Under the pieces are notes generated by a model. That model saw only the letters and a program-made list of their open reading frames with translations. It had not been told where the DNA came from and searched no databases. Of a stretch of 64,000 bases of DNA, positions 26,189-39,032 are shown piece after piece; position 1 is the first letter of the stretch, and each line of letters opens with the position of its first letter. The DNA is from Tubiluchus corallicola (Eukaryota > Animalia > Priapulida), in assembly GCA_030141605.1 (NCBI GenBank), contig JAQGDQ010000414.1:141039-205038 (forward strand). Direction: 5' to 3'. A program made the translations under genes and the position numbers.

Positions 26189-27234
26189 AGGAAAACCGGA
26201 CCAAATCTTAAACTGTAGTTCAAAACAACCTGCTCTATAAAATATTGAAGGGGAACATACTATTTTATCCAGAATTACTCACGTGAAAGAATTGATACTA
26301 CAGAAACGTAATTTTTGCGTTCGCGCGGCTAGTTCTTCGCCACTCGCTAGTTAGATATGTACTAACACTTACGTCTCGGAAACGAGTGGCGAAAAAAACA
26401 GCTACTGTGCCTCTCATTCACAAGTGTTCGGTTGGGACGTAGTGCACGCGTTCTAGAGCTCATATGTGTGCACAGTGGAAAATTTGAAATTTGAATTTCA
26501 TACCTAAGGTTTGTTGAGTTTTTGTATATCATACAGAATGTTATGCAGTTGCCCTGTACTTTAATTTTCACTTTCGCAAACACGTGCAATACGCGCGTGG
26601 AACGTTTGTGCGGTTGAAAATTTTGTTCAGTTATCACTAGCTGGGCTCCCTCGCCATTAAAAATTAAGTTTTTAAGATATTATTTTCATTATCAAAAACA
26701 CTTTGGCATTATTATGTGTACTTTTTACTGTACTTCAAAGTGAGACAGGATATGAAAAATCATGCTATTTTCCTTTAAAGGAAAACTGGATGATTGATTA
26801 AACTCAATCTCATTTTAATTTACTGTCCAAAATATACATTTTCTTGCCTATAACAAACCACAGTTTGTGTAACAGTAAGCATCTTCCTGCTCAAGCACGT
26901 TTGCGTAAGCGAAGGTTGCTATAAGACGCTGATGTGATATCACGAAAATTAGCTCCACGTCACACTGACGTCACAGACGAACACTGCAGTTCGTGATCAT
27001 GCTTACCACGGTACCGCACCTATTTGTCGGCCACGCGAAAGTGACAAAAAGGCGCCATTGCCAGTCTTAGTGGATTCGTTGAGCCGGGCATAGCTTTGAA
27101 AGTTTAACAAAATTTAACTATCGGAGGTAATTATTATTTACCCTAAGCTTTGATTTAAAAAGGCTGTTGTGGCTTTCAATATTTTAGAGCACACTTTATT
27201 TGAACTAATATCTACACAATCGCCAGGTTGTCCT
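26189..27234. mobile_element. Kolobok-like non-autonomous elements (TTAA target, AGG...CCT ends), two abutting units
   Basis: TTAA|AGGAAAACC at 26185; TTTTCCT|TTAA|AGGAAAACTGG at 26768-26789; CCAGGTTGTCCT|TTAA at 27223-27238. The right end also matches the first left end (TAGTTCAAA, TGCTCTA, AAAATATTGAA). Confidence 0.65.
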
Positions 27235-28339
27235 TTAATAAACGGATCGCACGATAAGATTCCATAAAAGAGCTCTGGTTGTGCGAAAAATGGCCAATAC
27301 ATTCACACTTATGTGAAAGAGGAGTCGAATAATGTCACGATTAAAAATTAATGCTTTGGTTAACATCGGTCATTTAGCTTCTTGCAGATGTACCACACGG
27401 ATCAAAATGATCAAAGCTAAAAAGGCAAGGATTCAGTGGTCTTAGTTTGACGAGCGCTCCGCCATTTCTCGCTTGGCTTCACCTTACTTTGTTTTCGTCG
27501 TGTATCGAAGCATTGATGCGACTAATGTTGTCTCCTGGTCCCACGAGTGTGCTATGAATGGGTAGTGTGAGACCAGGGCAAAGTACTTTCTTGACAAGGG
27601 TTAACAAGATTGTCTCTGGGATTTGTTTGTGCTTTCAAAGAGCACTGAATGACAAGTTCGCCGCTTTTGCAGCTCGCCGTGCAAATATAATGGTCTCTGG
27701 TGGGAACACGGGAGCTAGTTGTCAAATCTTACAAGAAACTTCTAAAACTGCTTGGTTTAACACAAAAGATAGAGAAATATAAAATGTTATAACACTATTT
27801 CAATCACTATATCGAAAAACACCTTTACGGGTCTTCGATATAGTCTAAAGATTCGCTAATGTCGTATAGTGATTACTGATTGCATCAAAAGTGATGCATT
27901 ATTTGTGAAAAAATTATTTATGAAAAATATTGTAAATGTAATCGAGGGAAAACAGTTCGAATTTTTAAATAGGAATGAATTTCACCTGATGCTAGATTGC
28001 ATATGTCAAAATTAACTCAAATAATATATTTTATTGTACTTCCCTTGAGTAGCCACTACATATATGTTTTATTGCCCTATTTTAATTAAATTATTATAAT
28101 GTGTAAACATTCTTATTTTTCTATGCTGTTAACAAATTGAAAATTATATACTGTGTAATTTCTAAATAAATAAATAAATAATAATAGTTTCGCAGTCCTT
28201 GTATTTCAGAAAAATAGTCAACTCAGAGAAATAAAAAGAAACTTGAAATACAGAACATGAAACACAAATGCTGCCAAAAGTCTACGGAAACAAGGCAAGA
28301 AGAAACGAGACAAAATGAATTCATATCGAGCATGACCGT

Positions 28340-28620
28340 GATCACTTGACTATGCCTGGTTCGCAGAGGTTTAGTCATGTGTGACTGACCAGCTTGCAGG
28401 GCGCTATTGACTAATTCTCACTTGACTATGTCTGGCCAGCATTGTTTACTCGTGTATGACTGAGCTCTGTTTGCCCTAATTTTAACATTTGGAATCATAT
28501 TTCGGGCCCTTAAACCACCCCATCTTCTAACCATGCTATACCGTCTGAGCTACCCCAAGTGTCTACCCTAGTAGTTTCGTGACTCTAGCTTCTGGAATTT
28601 TAGAGTTATTCAATGTTATG
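28340..28620 (+). mobile_element. Dispersed repeat fragment with ~76-bp internal duplication (HINE-like core)
   Basis: CACTTGACTATGYCTGG..TGACTGA occurs twice; core shared with 6394-6600. Confidence 0.55.
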
Positions 28621-29269
28621 AGTTTATGCCTAAAACTCAATCCCAGAAAAAAATCAGTGGTGCTCTTAGAATCTGAAATTAAAATTAAACAAGCTTTCAA
28701 CCAAAAAACTCCCGAAACAAGGCGACAAAAACACGAGGCCGTTTAAAGCATGTAGTGGGCGAAAGATTTAGTAACCACTCTATATTTAGTTAACTTAGTA
28801 AGTCTATTAAGAGTCACAATGCTCATGACACAATAATTGGAATAATCAAAGAACATGCACAAAGCGTTGCAACACATCAGGCGGTGATTTGCAATTTCTC
28901 ATTGATCTTCTCGCAGACGAGTTCTTATCACGTGACTTAATCCTATGTTACTATTCTGATGATATGTAAATGTGTCATGGCGTACGGGTCATTCAATTTT
29001 CTGCGCAACTTTCTTGCTAATTTGCAACCGTTTCATAGACGAAATGGTTCAAAAGTCAATCATAATCGCCAGGTTTCTGATTACATGGTTGCGTTCGCAA
29101 CCACTAAAGCTGTTAGACAGATAAAATCAATGCCACTTCAAAGACAGAAAGCAAAGAGAGGATTAAAAAGTACAAAATATAGAAAGAAGTAAAAACGCTT
29201 ATAGTTATTTAAACATAATCAATTGTAAAAAATGTTTTTGTTACGTTGGTGTTATAGACGCTGTCCTAT

Positions 29270-30420
29270 TCTGTTTCGTTGTGCTGCGTACCGTTCTGTC
29301 GTGTCATGTTCTGCTGTGTTCTGTTTTGTGTTATAACGTGTTGTACTGTGCTGTGCTATGTTCTGTTACATTACATGTGCTTATGTTATGTTATGTTATA
29401 TTATGCTATGTTATATTACGTTGTGTTATGTTATGTTGTGTTGTGTTGTTGTGCTATGTAATGCGAGCTATGCTATGCTATGTTACGTTCGTTACGTTAC
29501 GTTACGCTACGCTACGTGACGTTACGTTAAATTATGTTATGTTATGATACATTATGTTATGTTACGTTATGTTGTGTGATGTGATGTTATGTTATGTTAT
29601 GCTATGCTATGCTATGCTATGCTATGCAATGCTATGCTATGTTGTGTTGTGTTGTGTTGTGTTGTGTTGTGTTGTGTTGTGTTGTGTTGTGTTGTGTTGT
29701 GTTGTGTTGTGTTGTGTTATGTTATGTTATGTTATGTTATGTTATGTTATGTTATGTTATGTTATGTTATGTTATGTCATGTTATGTTATGTTATGTTAT
29801 GTTATGTTATGTTATGTTATGTTATGTTATGTTATGTTATGTTATGTTATGTTATGTTATGTTATGTTATGTTATGTTATGTTACGTTACATGTGTTTAT
29901 GTTATGTTATGTTATATTATGCTATGTTATATTACGTTGTGTTATGTTATGTTGTGTTGTGTTGTTGTTGTGCTATGTAATGCGAGCTATGTTATGCTAT
30001 GTTACGTTCGTTACGTTACGTTACGTTACGCTACGTGATGTTACGTTAAGTTACGTTATGTTATGATACATTATGTTGTGTTATGTTATGTTATGTTATG
30101 TCATGTCATGTCATGTCATGTCATGTCATGTCATGTCATGTCATGTTATGTTAGGTTGTGTTGTGTCACATTATATTGTGTGTGTACACTGCCTTACATT
30201 ATATTATGTTGTGTTGTATCACATTGTATTGTGTTACATACATTGCCTTACATTACATTACGTTATGTTACGTTAAGGCTTGCCACGCCATGTTCTGTTG
30301 TTGTGTTGTGTTGTATTGTGCTATTCTGTTCAGTTCTGTTACGTGACACTACGTTATGTTCCCATCTCTTTCATCCTATTCTGTTCTGCTCTAGGTTATT
30401 TTGTATTATGGCATTACATT
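29270..30420. repeat. Large compound pentanucleotide array (TATGT/TGTGT/TATGC/CATGT/TACGT)
   Basis: Directly visible; contains a ~195-bp block repeated at a 516-bp offset. Confidence 0.95.
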
Positions 30421-30843
30421 TATTACAAATATAATTGTACTATATTGTACTCATTGCTGGACAAAGCAACTTAACACACTATTTTAATCAAGATTCACAA
30501 AATTTAAAAAAAATCCTTAACAAAACCTTTTAAACTTTGGGTATTACTGACGGTTTTAAAAAGTTCTAAAACCAATCAAATTTGCAGTTTATGTATTACG
30601 CACTTTATGGATTAGATAGGTCTGGTTTGTAATTATTAAAAGCTTTTGTGGCTGAAACATGCCAGACGTTTACAAAAGCATCAGAAGCCAGCAATACAAT
30701 AGACTATTCACAAAGCAAATCATTATTGTATCCAGGTTGCTAAGCTGTAACATAGAATTAATAAAACATTGATTGCAGTTATTATTGAGAACTATAAATG
30801 AAGCATACAATACTACTGCTAAAAACATGGGCTTAAATCTTAA

Positions 30844-31194
30844 GCCGCCCTGTGATAAGAAATGGAAAAGTTTGTAAATAATGCAGGCATTTCAGAATTA
30901 TTTTTTGCATGCAGAACTGCGTCTGCTAAAGTTTCGTAACAGTGCGTGTTATTTCAGTTATTTAAATAGATGAACGTAGAAAGTATGAAATAAACTAGTT
31001 ACTTTCTACGTTCATCCATTTAAATAATTGAAATAACACGCACTGCTACAAAACTTTAGCAAACGCAGTTATTACACGGTTAGCAATGAGAATGGACACA
31101 GTTCTGCATGCAAAAAATAATTCTGAAATGCTTTCATTATTTTCAAACTTTTCCATTTCTTGACATATTTCATTTCATTTCTTATATCAGCGGC
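30844..31194. mobile_element. Long foldback palindrome (MITE-like), ~140-bp arms and ~14-nt loop
   Basis: Left arm AAGAAATGGAAAAG..TGCATGCAGAACTGCG..GATGAACGTAGAAAGTA is mirrored from 31000 (TACTTTCTACGTTCATC..); GCCGC/GCGGC termini. Confidence 0.85.
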
Positions 31195-31639
31195 CTAGAG
31201 GTCTAAAAGTATGTTTCCTTATCCTATGTAAGCATGTTATTACATTGTCAGTTCATTAAACTCCTTCAACTATATTTGATGACAGAGAGTGAATTAAATA
31301 GATACAACAGATATATAGATAGACATTTTTACAGGAAAAACCCAAGGGGAACGCTATCAACTAGAGTACTGATAAAATTTAATGTAAACATGATCATCGT
31401 CTGATGATGACGATGACGACGACAGTGACGATAATGATGATTATGGTAATGATGTCGATCACAATGATGATGATAATATTACTTATATATCCTGACATAC
31501 CCTAAGAAGAGAAAAATAAAAAATGGTCCCTGCTTTTGACGATGTGTTGATATAGATGGTTACTGCAGGTTCTCAATTAGAGCCGAGTAGGCCAAGGAAA
31601 GGAGGCGGCTAGAGGATCCTGCTCGAGCGGAAAGTATCT

Positions 31640-31700
31640 CGAAAAATCCGACGCGAATGGGATTCGAACTTAAAACCTCTGTATCGGCAAACATGCGTTC
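31640..31700 (-). mobile_element. tRNA-derived SINE-like head
   Basis: Minus-strand B-box GTTCGAATCCC followed by TCGGATTTTT, also seen at 46915-46955. Confidence 0.5.
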
Positions 31701-32054
31701 CTGGATCAACCACAACCAGAATTTAAAAAAAACAGCCTTTTCAAACAAACCTGATCAATAATTGGCAACAGTGTGTAGGAATTTATGCGGTCAGTGGATT
31801 GTTACTAAAGATAATTGGTGCCTGAGAAATAAATCCAAGTCAAGTGGTCCTATTTCACATTTGTAGTACTACAAATTCCATGTTACTCGTAACGAACAAT
31901 AAATTCGTAATTATTATTAATCAATTTAAATTTCGTAGCAAAAAGTGAAAAAATGGAAAAATTCAACATTTGAACCAGAAAGAAAATTGTATCTTTTGTA
32001 GAGGATTAAGCTGCTTGATGCAGGATATACACTTATGTATGACGTTGGTATGTC

Positions 32055-32120
32055 GTTGGTATGACTCGGTCAGGAGTTGAACCCGCGACCTCCGGGGTGA
32101 GAAGCGAACCCGCTACCGAT
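32055..32120 (-). mobile_element. tRNA-derived SINE-like fragment
   Basis: Minus strand GGTAGCGGGTTCGCTTCTCACCCCGGAGGTCGCGGGTTCAACTCC, an A/B-box-like layout. Confidence 0.5.
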
Positions 32121-32359
32121 CCTAAATAACTATTGTTTATGCCTTCTCTGTCATCGCTGCTAATGAGAGTTACTATATGAACCTACAACTTTTATCAGAC
32201 CCTGGAGGACTGGAAAAGTAGGGAAGGACCTGTTACTCATCAACTGGTCTTCACTTTTACGACGTAAATTTATGTATCGAGAGCAAATATTTCGTCAAAT
32301 TTGTTTCCAAACTACAAATCGCATCCGTTGCATGCTTAGAAAATTTATTGATATCTTAC

Positions 32360-32388
32360 CTGTCACTAGCTTCTGCAGTCATCGGCAT
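32360..32388 (-). CDS. SoxD: Candidate first coding micro-exon of SoxD (MPMTAEASD + phase-2 Ser)
   Basis: Minus strand ATG CCG ATG ACT GCA GAA GCT AGT GAC AG|gtaaga, with an in-frame TAA upstream. AG plus the C at 1428 gives AGC, then ATG TCA TCA in frame. Confidence 0.6.
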
Positions 32389-32560
32389 CAGACGTGATTA
32401 CAGGTGTCCCGGTTGACTTATATAGAAACTTCTCTCTGTGAGTTGTAGGACGTACACGTTGCTCTGGAGCCTGTGAGCAAGCGTCTGCGTTGGGTGATAC
32501 TAGCGCTGCTTATTTGAAGCCATTATGTTTCATTAAGCAGCACTGCCGCTGCATGCGCAG
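32389..32560 (-). promoter_or_regulatory. Candidate SoxD core promoter / 5'UTR
   Basis: Minus-strand TATATAAG at 32424-32417 with TCA(+1) ~29 nt downstream. Alternative TCAAATAA (32517-32510) with GCAGAC at ~32486. NRF1-like TGCGCATGC at 32559-32551; locally raised GC. Confidence 0.45.
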
Positions 32561-32837
32561 TTATGCTACAATCTGACGGCTTCAAGTGATGGGTATAAAC
32601 TCTATTGAGCAATCAGCACTGTGGGTTGGTCAGTCGGTGACCTGAGTGGTCAACGGTCAAGAACGCGGAAAGTCATCCAGATTATACGACGAGGACAGTT
32701 GGCATAATGCAACTGCCCAACCACAAATTTAAACGTTAAAGCAACAAAACATATCTAGTCCTCTGCCAACAAATTATTGATTTTTAAGTTCATGTTAATT
32801 GACTGGTGACATGGAAAACTTAGTTTCGAATAAAAGA

Positions 32838-32838
<1 letters not shown>

Positions 32839-32932
<94 letters not shown>
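32839..32932. repeat. (AAT)n microsatellite
   Basis: Directly visible. Confidence 0.95.
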
Positions 32933-32934
<2 letters not shown>

Positions 32935-33719
32935 CGGGTCATTTCCAATAAGATTCTGCTATATGCAGAATCATAGCAATTGTCCAAATAATTATCGATG
33001 TCGATTATTCTTCTGCGGACGTTTTAGCAACATCTTTTGCTGTGAACATTGTTAACTTTAAACAATGTAATCATGAAATCATTGCTGCATCCGTAGTTCA
33101 AAGGGAATCTATAAATATAATGTAGTTGTTTCTACACAGCAATGACTTTCAATTCTTTTATTCAGAAAGTTTGGTAACTTCCGGTTACCGGTAGAAATCA
33201 GAAAAATATCTTGGTAGGTCACATTAGACTGCTAGACGGCTTGTTTACTATTTGGCTTGCATGCTTTGAATCAAAAAAGGTTTATTGAGACAGCTTGATT
33301 AATTGAGTGAGTGAATGACTGATTGACTGACTGACTAACTGACAGACTGACCGGCTGACTTATATGACTGACTGACTGAAGGATTTGTCTGACCGGCTGC
33401 GTGATTAATACTAATTGCCTCTTTAAGCTGCCATCGATTGAACACCTGGCCACTGAAGGTATTTACCAATATTTTCCAGATAAACTGATGTCTTTATTGA
33501 CTAAACAAGTGACCAACTGACAGACTGACAAGATACCACTGAGTGAAGATTTAATCAAATTTATAAAATAAGTGTATAAAAGGGCCGATTAAAATAGTTA
33601 ATGTGTTTACTATTGAAAAATAAAATGAAGGCTATTAAAAAATTTCTCACGTCACATTTGTGGAACATTCATAGCTTCATAAATCAGCATAATTCTGCAT
33701 AAGTTGTAATAATGAACGC

Positions 33720-33900
33720 GGATGAATAAAAATAATAATTCTACGACGACGACGACGATGATGATAAGGATAATGATAATGATGGTGATGACGATGATGA
33801 TGACAATGATGATGATGATAATGATAATGATGATGGCGACGATTATGATGACGCTGGCGACGACGATAATAACGACAACGACGATGACGATGGTGATAAA
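33720..33900. repeat. Degenerate (GAT/GAC/AAT)n tract
   Basis: Directly visible. Confidence 0.9.
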
Positions 33901-34252
33901 GAAACTACGAAAGTTGTGTGTTATGAAGTTAATTTTACTTTGTCGTAATACAACTTTTGTTTAACAAGAAGAAGACGTTAAAATACCGAAATTACTAGGC
34001 AACTAAAGAAGGCCTTGTTCTTGGCACAATATTTTACTGTACCTCCCAGGTTTTGTCTGTTACATAAGGCACTGCACGACCCCGCTAGAAGCCAGTTTAA
34101 ACATAGCAAACATTGTTACCATATGTCAACAGTGGCTACAATAATTATTGTGTTGACACAAGTAACATTCAGTGTGTGCTCTGTTCATTGGCGTAATAAA
34201 GACAATGTGTTCAATATAGTAGAGTGGAATGAAATTGCATTTGTATTCTGGG

Positions 34253-34399
34253 CGACCACATCTGCGAGAAGGGGAAGGATCGAAAGAGGATACAGGAAAA
34301 GGCCAATGTTGCAAAGGAGAACACGACCACATCTGCGAGAAGGGGAAGGGTCGGAAGAGGACTTCGAGGAGACAAGAAAAGGCCAGTGTTGCAAAGGAG
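34253..34399 (+). repeat. Purine-rich tandem duplication, 71-bp period
   Basis: CGACCACATCTGCGAGAAGGGGAAGG..GAAAAGGCCARTGTTGCAAAGGAG at 34253 and 34324. Confidence 0.9.
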
Positions 34400-36120
34400 G
34401 GCTTTGGAAGATTTTTATGAAACATGTAGAATCTTGCCAAGCAAAAACGACATAATCTCTGAGGCTTAGTTGCTTAAAACATGCACCACTTCCATTATAC
34501 ATTAATACGCGCTTTTGAGCCAGTCATTTTAAATGATTAATTTTTAGTTTTTCGTTTGTTCACTTGTTTATTCATCCATTTATCGCTCACTTATTTGTTC
34601 ATTCATTCATCTGACTATTGACTCGTTCATTTATCTGAGCACCAAGCTGCTGCTGCCTGACTGACTGACCGACCAACTGACTAATCAGTTTTTTAGTTTG
34701 ACTGATTGACTGATGGCTTTGCTTACTTTTTTGCTTGTCATGTTCATGTTCACTTTCGTTCAGTTGTTCATTCGTTTGTTTGATCCATTCTTTTTATTTC
34801 TTTTATTCTTTGTGCTTTATTCTTTGCAATATAGCTATCAGCTCAATAAAATCGACGCTAAAATTTTCCCTTTTTGTGTCGGTTTTTAATGTAAAAATTT
34901 GACATCACACACTTGTTAATTTCATCAATAAACATTTTCTTACTGTATTACTAATGAGACCAACTATGCTTCTGTGCAGTTGAAGGTATGATACTTATAA
35001 TAGAATGGTATATATAACTTAATATGCACATAAATACCCTAAGTATCATGTAAATTTCCCAAGATTATTGCATTAACAGAGTCCACAAAGTTTTCTCTTT
35101 GCAAACATGGGAATTTCATAGCACATTAACCAATGCATTCTCACACCTATTGCTCCTCCAGCATTTGTGCGCCTTCTAGATAAACTTAATGAAATTACCG
35201 CCTTTCTTATTACCTTTAAGCAACGTCACTGAGACCACAATTACCGCCAAGAATTACACGCCCTGCCAGTATAGAGGCAAAGCTTGATAGATGGAGCCTA
35301 GTGCCTGATAATGGCATTATCTATACTTTAAGAGAAAAGCACAGAAAATCCTTTTTATTTGATTAATCATACAAGAAGGCATGCGAAAACACGGCTCACT
35401 GCGCGTGTTTCATTAGAATCTCTAAGGCTTTTTGGTATAGAGGTACTTTTTACCATCAGTTGCACTTCAGAGCAACGAGTGCAAGTATATATAATATTTT
35501 ACAATAACGGGGCGCTTAGCGGATTATATTCACGTATTTACATATAAAAATATGTTTATTAAAACACAGAATGAAGATACAAAAACATACACTGGGACAT
35601 AATACTTCAGAATGCAATATCAAAAGAAAATTATTGTTCAAGAACACATATGGGCAGACACATATAGTAGAATAGTATATATAACTTAATATATACATAA
35701 ATACCCTCAGTACCATATAATATCAGATTATACCCCATGTGCGGGGCTATGTCTGTGTAGTTTTTCTTCATTGTAATGTATTGCATTGTTTATGTAATGT
35801 TTTGTAACTTGTAATTGCAATTGTAATTGTATGGATTGTAAATCATCAATAAATGATATAAATTTCTAAGATTGCTGCATTTAATCAGTCAAATTTACTC
35901 AGTGTTACCTTAGATTTCTGGACTAACCTACCTTTAATTCTTATATCTTTTGAAGAATGTAAAATTATTTAACATTCATATACATCTCCAAATATAACCG
36001 TTTATAGTGTGTTAGATCTTAAATATCTTGAATAGAAGTTTTTCCTAAGCTGGGTTCGTAAACATTGGGTTTGGTAGCCAACGTGTCTTAGAAGAGGCCA
36101 TGTTCGAAAATAAATTACGT

Positions 36121-36140
36121 TAATAATAATAATAATAATG

Positions 36141-36213
<73 letters not shown>

Positions 36214-36217
36214 CAAC

Positions 36218-36249
<32 letters not shown>

Positions 36250-36298
36250 CAACAATAATAATAATAATAATAATCTTAATGTTAATAATAATATTATA

Positions 36299-36353
<55 letters not shown>
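36121..36353. repeat. (AAT)n/(AAC)n microsatellite
   Basis: Directly visible. Confidence 0.95.
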
Positions 36354-36354
<1 letters not shown>

Positions 36355-38724
36355 TGATATATTACCGTAATTGTAAGAGCTTCGATCTTACCAATATTAG
36401 GAAGACCTATACTTTGGATACGTTTTAGTTTTGCCCGTTTTGCATTTGTTAAAAAAATTTCGTTGACAAGACCCAAATTAATTGGGAAAAAAGTTTTCTT
36501 GGCTTTATCCTCTGGTGTAACAGACATGATTTAGCTAATCCATACGGGAATTAAAGCTTTTCGTAGCGATATCATCTTCTTTCATTGGTAGTTTTAGTGA
36601 AGTTATCAATCAAGCTTAAGTAAGTCCAAGCTGACTTAGAACATTGTTGTTCATTATAAAGTAAATTCGGTAAGCAGACAGAGACTAATATTGTGACATT
36701 AGAAACAGGCCTTATTGTCGGAAAAAAATGCGCAGATTTTATTGTTTCATAAACGAAAATGAATTTCTCGATTAGCAAAGGGAAATGCGGTTACCCTGAA
36801 TATCAGGAAAAGATGGTGACTGAATTATCACACATAAAGTGATGCGTAATTTGGTGTTTCTTATAACGTGTAATTCGTAACTTTACTAACTTTCAAATTC
36901 AGCAAATGTTTATAAATCTAAAAGTGCTGATTTGGCTTCGTTTGCTGTTTTATCCCATCATATTTTTGTTCTACAATTTATGCAAGGATTATATAGAGTT
37001 ATGTAGAGTTGTCATAAGAAATAACTTGATATAGATTTATACGCTACGATCTGATTTATACAGTAGAATTTACTTAATAATTCCTGTCGGTATTTTAATT
37101 TTTGTAATTCTCGACGAATTTTGTCGTTCCCTTATAGGCCTGTCATATTTTATTTTGAATAAAATATCTGTGTGCATTCGATGTGGCAAGAAGTGTTTTG
37201 TTTTATATTATTGGCTGTGTTGATGTGAGTTTTACCTTGGATAAAGTCATCTTATTTCGTAATTTACATTTATAAGCCTACTTGTTGCATCTATATAATG
37301 AAAATCCCTTTATATATTAAGCCTATTGCCCATTATTTCCATCTAAAAATGGAAAAGCATTCACATGCACAATTTTTGCTTTTAAATAACTTCGTGCAAA
37401 CTAACCCAAATGGAACCCAGTGAATGACAAATGCTTGGGAAAATTGGGAATAAAATTCATTGGCCTTGGCGCACAGTTACAATCAAACAAAGCCATGGCT
37501 AGTGTAAGTCAATGTATGCTGTTGCAAGTAGCGGAATTGCTCCTCCTGGATTTAGTTTTAGCAAATTCAAATACGAGTTCCATAGCAGGTTACTTTTTCG
37601 CAAAACTGTGACAAAAAAGAATAAAATTTCATTTATTTCCTAATACTTACGACGAGACTAAAACGAAGCAAAACTGAGCCAGTAATTGCTGTCTCCTCAG
37701 AGCGCACCGCCTCAACACGCTCTTCCTACGAGTGCAGCGTTAATTCGGTGGACTATCGAAGCGCACAAGAAGAATTCCATTACGCCATTACTCCATAAAC
37801 AAAGTGCATTTGCTGTTGCCGCGAGGGAGCAAACAAATCAAAGGCAACACAGAAGAAAAGGCCATTATGTTGTTTATAAGCACATAATGGTCTAGTTTGT
37901 TCCCGCTTGGAAGCCTGCAGACTCGCTGTTTGAGGAACATGTGATAGTTAAAGTTGCTTACTGATAATTACATCAAAGGCGGGGATGTGAGCGTAGAAGA
38001 AAATAGAAGCTATATTGCAGAGAACGTATAGATGTTTGTTGTATATATGAAGCCGAAGAACAATGAAAAATAAAAACCGTTCAGTTTTTAGACTAACTTG
38101 CCTAAAATACAGTTGCGTTTGTTTTTTAATCCGTGTTATTGTCCGTGTGTGGTATCACGGACAATACAAAATGAAATAAAAAACTTGTTTACATAAAACC
38201 TAAAAAGCTGTTGAAGCAGCACAAAAAATGAAGGTAAGTTGTAATGGGTGTAGCCAACGACTTGCTTATAATAAATTCAGTAGCAACTACGACGGTAAAT
38301 GTAAGGTAATTAGCAAGAACAACGGAGTTTGTACTGTCCGAACAAACAAGACTATTAAAATAAGTAAAAAGAAAACTTCCAAGGTAATAAAATTGATTAA
38401 TATAATAGTGAGAGCTTGAAAACCTATAAGCAGGCAAATTGTGGTCAACACCAGTCACAAACGGACCTTTAATCAGGTGTCGGGAAGCCGTTGGCCAAAA
38501 AAATAAAGCCATTGTTAACAAGTAGATATGAGATCATTTCACTTGATGAGATTTGAAAATTATTTTCTGTCCGTCTTGTTCAGTTGTTCATTTAACTTCC
38601 AGTCGTTTGCTGCAACTTAATTAGTCCCAAGTACAACTATTTGCGGTGCGTAACTTTTCGCGAAGTCTCCACGTCTTATTGCGCGCGTTCAATATTAAAA
38701 ATGCATACAGGAAACAAGAAAACA

Positions 38725-39032
38725 GATGGATGGATGGATGGATGGATGGATGGATGGATGGATGGATGGATGGATGGATGGATGGATGGATGGATGGATG
38801 GATGGATGGATGGATGGATGGACGGACGGACGGACGGACGGACGGACGGACGGACGGACGGACGGACGGACGGACGGACGGACGGACGGACGGACGGACG
38901 GACGGATGGGTGGGTTGGTTGTTTTTATGGATGGATGGATGGATGGATGGATGGATGGATGGATGGATGGATGGATGGATGGATGGATGGATGGATGGCT
39001 GGATAGATTGATAGATAGATAGATAGATAGAT
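38725..39032. repeat. (GGAT)n(GGAC)n(GGAT)n(GATA)n compound microsatellite
   Basis: Directly visible. Confidence 0.95.

Noticed and set aside
29279-30474. MLCYV-repeat ORFs
   Set aside because: Pentanucleotide microsatellite.
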